Shown: positions 62,398 to 64,000 of the stretch, one piece after another
How positions within the stretch are numbered: position 1 is the first letter of the stretch
Layout of the letters: every line of letters starts with the position of its first letter
From: Squalus acanthias
Lineage: Eukaryota
DNA length: 64,000 nucleotides
Direction: 5' to 3'
Assembly: GCA_030390025.1 (NCBI GenBank)
Contig: CM059432.1
Coordinates: 5,704,001-5,768,000, forward strand
Notes under the pieces: generated by a model
What the model was told of the DNA's origin: nothing
The model's input: the letters and a program-made list of their open reading frames with translations, nothing else
Database searches by the model: none
Translations under genes and position numbers: made by a program

Positions 62398-63125
62398 CTG
62401 CAAGAAAGCATCATTGTTTAGTATAAGTAGCAAGTTCCAAATTCAGCTCACACAATCCAAGCATCTTTTCATTTCGTGACCTACAAAGTTTCATTCAAGA
62501 GCTCCACAACACTCCGGTGAAGAGACTTGCATTTATATATCGACCTTGGGCTGTCCCAAAGCACTTTACAGCCAATGAAGTACTTTTTGAAATGCAATCA
62601 TGTATTTGTAATGTAGGAAACGCGGCAGCCAACTGTGCACACAGCAAAGTCCCACAAACAGCAATGTGATAAAGAGAGGTTGGTTGAGAGATAAATATTT
62701 TCCAGGACACTGGGAATAACTCCCTGCTCTTCTTCGAACTAGTGCCGTGGGATCTTTTACGTCCACCTGAGAGAGCAGACGGGGCCTCGGTTTAACATCT
62801 CATCCGAAAGACGGCACCTCCGACAGTGCAGCGTTCCCTCAGCACAGCATTGGAGTGTCAGCCTAGATTTTTGGGCTCAAGTCCCTGGAGTGAAACTTGA
62901 ACCCACAACCTTCTGACTCTGAGGCGAGAGTGCTACCCACTGAGCCACGGCTGATACTACAGCAGTGCAGTACTGAGGGAGTGCTACACTGTCAGATGCA
63001 TTGGGCGCATCAGCCCTCAAGAGCATACACTCAGGGATTGGAGCAACAATACAACCAGGAACAGGGTTCTCGTGGGAAGGGGAGAAATGCTAAGGAAGGT
63101 GAAGGAAAAGTGGAAGGAGATGAAT

Positions 63126-64000
63126 GAGAAGAATGAGAGGTGATCTTATTGAAACATATAAGATTCTGAGGGGGCTCGACAAGGTAGATGCAGAGAGGGT
63201 GTTTCCCCTCGTGGGGGAATCTAGAACAAGGGGGCATAGTTTCAGAATAAGGGGTCGCCCATTTAAAACGGAGATGAGGAGGAATTTCTTCTCTCAGAGG
63301 GTCGTGAATCTTTGGAATTCTCTACCCCAGAGAGCTGTGGAGGCGGAGTCATTGAATACATTCAAGGCGGAGATAGACAGATTTTTGAAAAACAGGGAAT
63401 TCAAGGGTTATGGGGAACTGGCAGGAAAGTGGAGTTGAGGCCAAGATCAGATCAGCCATGATCTCATTGAATGGCGGAGCAGGCTCGAGGGGCTGAATGG
63501 CCGACTCCTGTTCCTATTTCTTATGTTCTTATGTGGGACAGTATGGCTGGATTTTGGCGGGTAAAAGAAGCAAGAAAGGTCGAAAACCCTGCGTAACTAC
63601 CCAAGAGATATTAGCAAAACAATACTGCAGAAGGTAATAAGGTCCTGGAAGAAAAAGATGAGAGGAGATCTCATTGAAACTTATAAAATGCTAACAGGGC
63701 TAGACAGACTAGATGCAGGAAGGATGTTCCCGATGGCGGGTGAGTCCAGAACAAGAGGTCACAGTCTAAAGATAAGGGGTAAGCCATTTAGGACAGAGAA
63801 GAGGAGGAATTTCTTCACCCAGAGAGTGGTGAACCTGTGGAATTCTCTACCACACAAGGCAGTTGAGGCCAAGTCAGTAAATATATTCAAGAATGAGTTA
63901 GATATATTTCTTAAGGCTAAAGGTATCAAGGGATATGGGGAGAAGGCAGGTACAGGGTATTGAGTTTGGATGATCAGCCATGATCTCATCGAATGGCGGA
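63126..64000 (+). mobile_element. Two CR1 3' fragments (63126-63533 and 63657-64000)
   Basis: RGDLIETYK...RGHS...RRNFF...RVVNLWNSLP in both. Confidence 0.9.

Noticed and set aside
1..64000. CRISPR arrays or prokaryotic-type systems
   Set aside because: No regularly spaced direct repeats with unique spacers; the window is spliced vertebrate DNA and the repeats are dispersed transposon copies.

Overview
Repeat-dense vertebrate genomic DNA, most likely from a cartilaginous fish (V-SINE/HE1-like, Deu-domain SINE and HER1/CR1-like repeats). It holds the 3' parts of two convergent genes. POP1 (RNase P/MRP subunit, + strand) has 7 coding exons at 2286-25072, and NIPAL2 (NIPA-like Mg2+ transporter, - strand) has 4 coding exons at 62397-45731; the same tail-to-tail pair exists in human. 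All exons have GT-AG boundaries and compatible phases. Most other ORFs in the track are fragments of CR1, L2, RTE, another APE-RT LINE, Penelope-like elements (PLE), SINEs or MITEs. Three observations stand out. (1) Two families of PLE terminal repeats carry minimal hammerhead ribozyme motifs with an invariant core, a variable N7, a compensatory stem change and a palindromic helix III; some sit in ~210-250 bp palindromic mini-elements with their own target-site duplications. (2) A decayed copy of a POP1 exon plus its downstream intron lies 40 kb away (43770-44181). (3) An inverted copy of the NIPAL2 stop codon and 3'UTR is captured inside a SINE (30966-31536). All alignments were done by eye, protein matches rely on recalled human sequences, and repeat boundaries are approximate.
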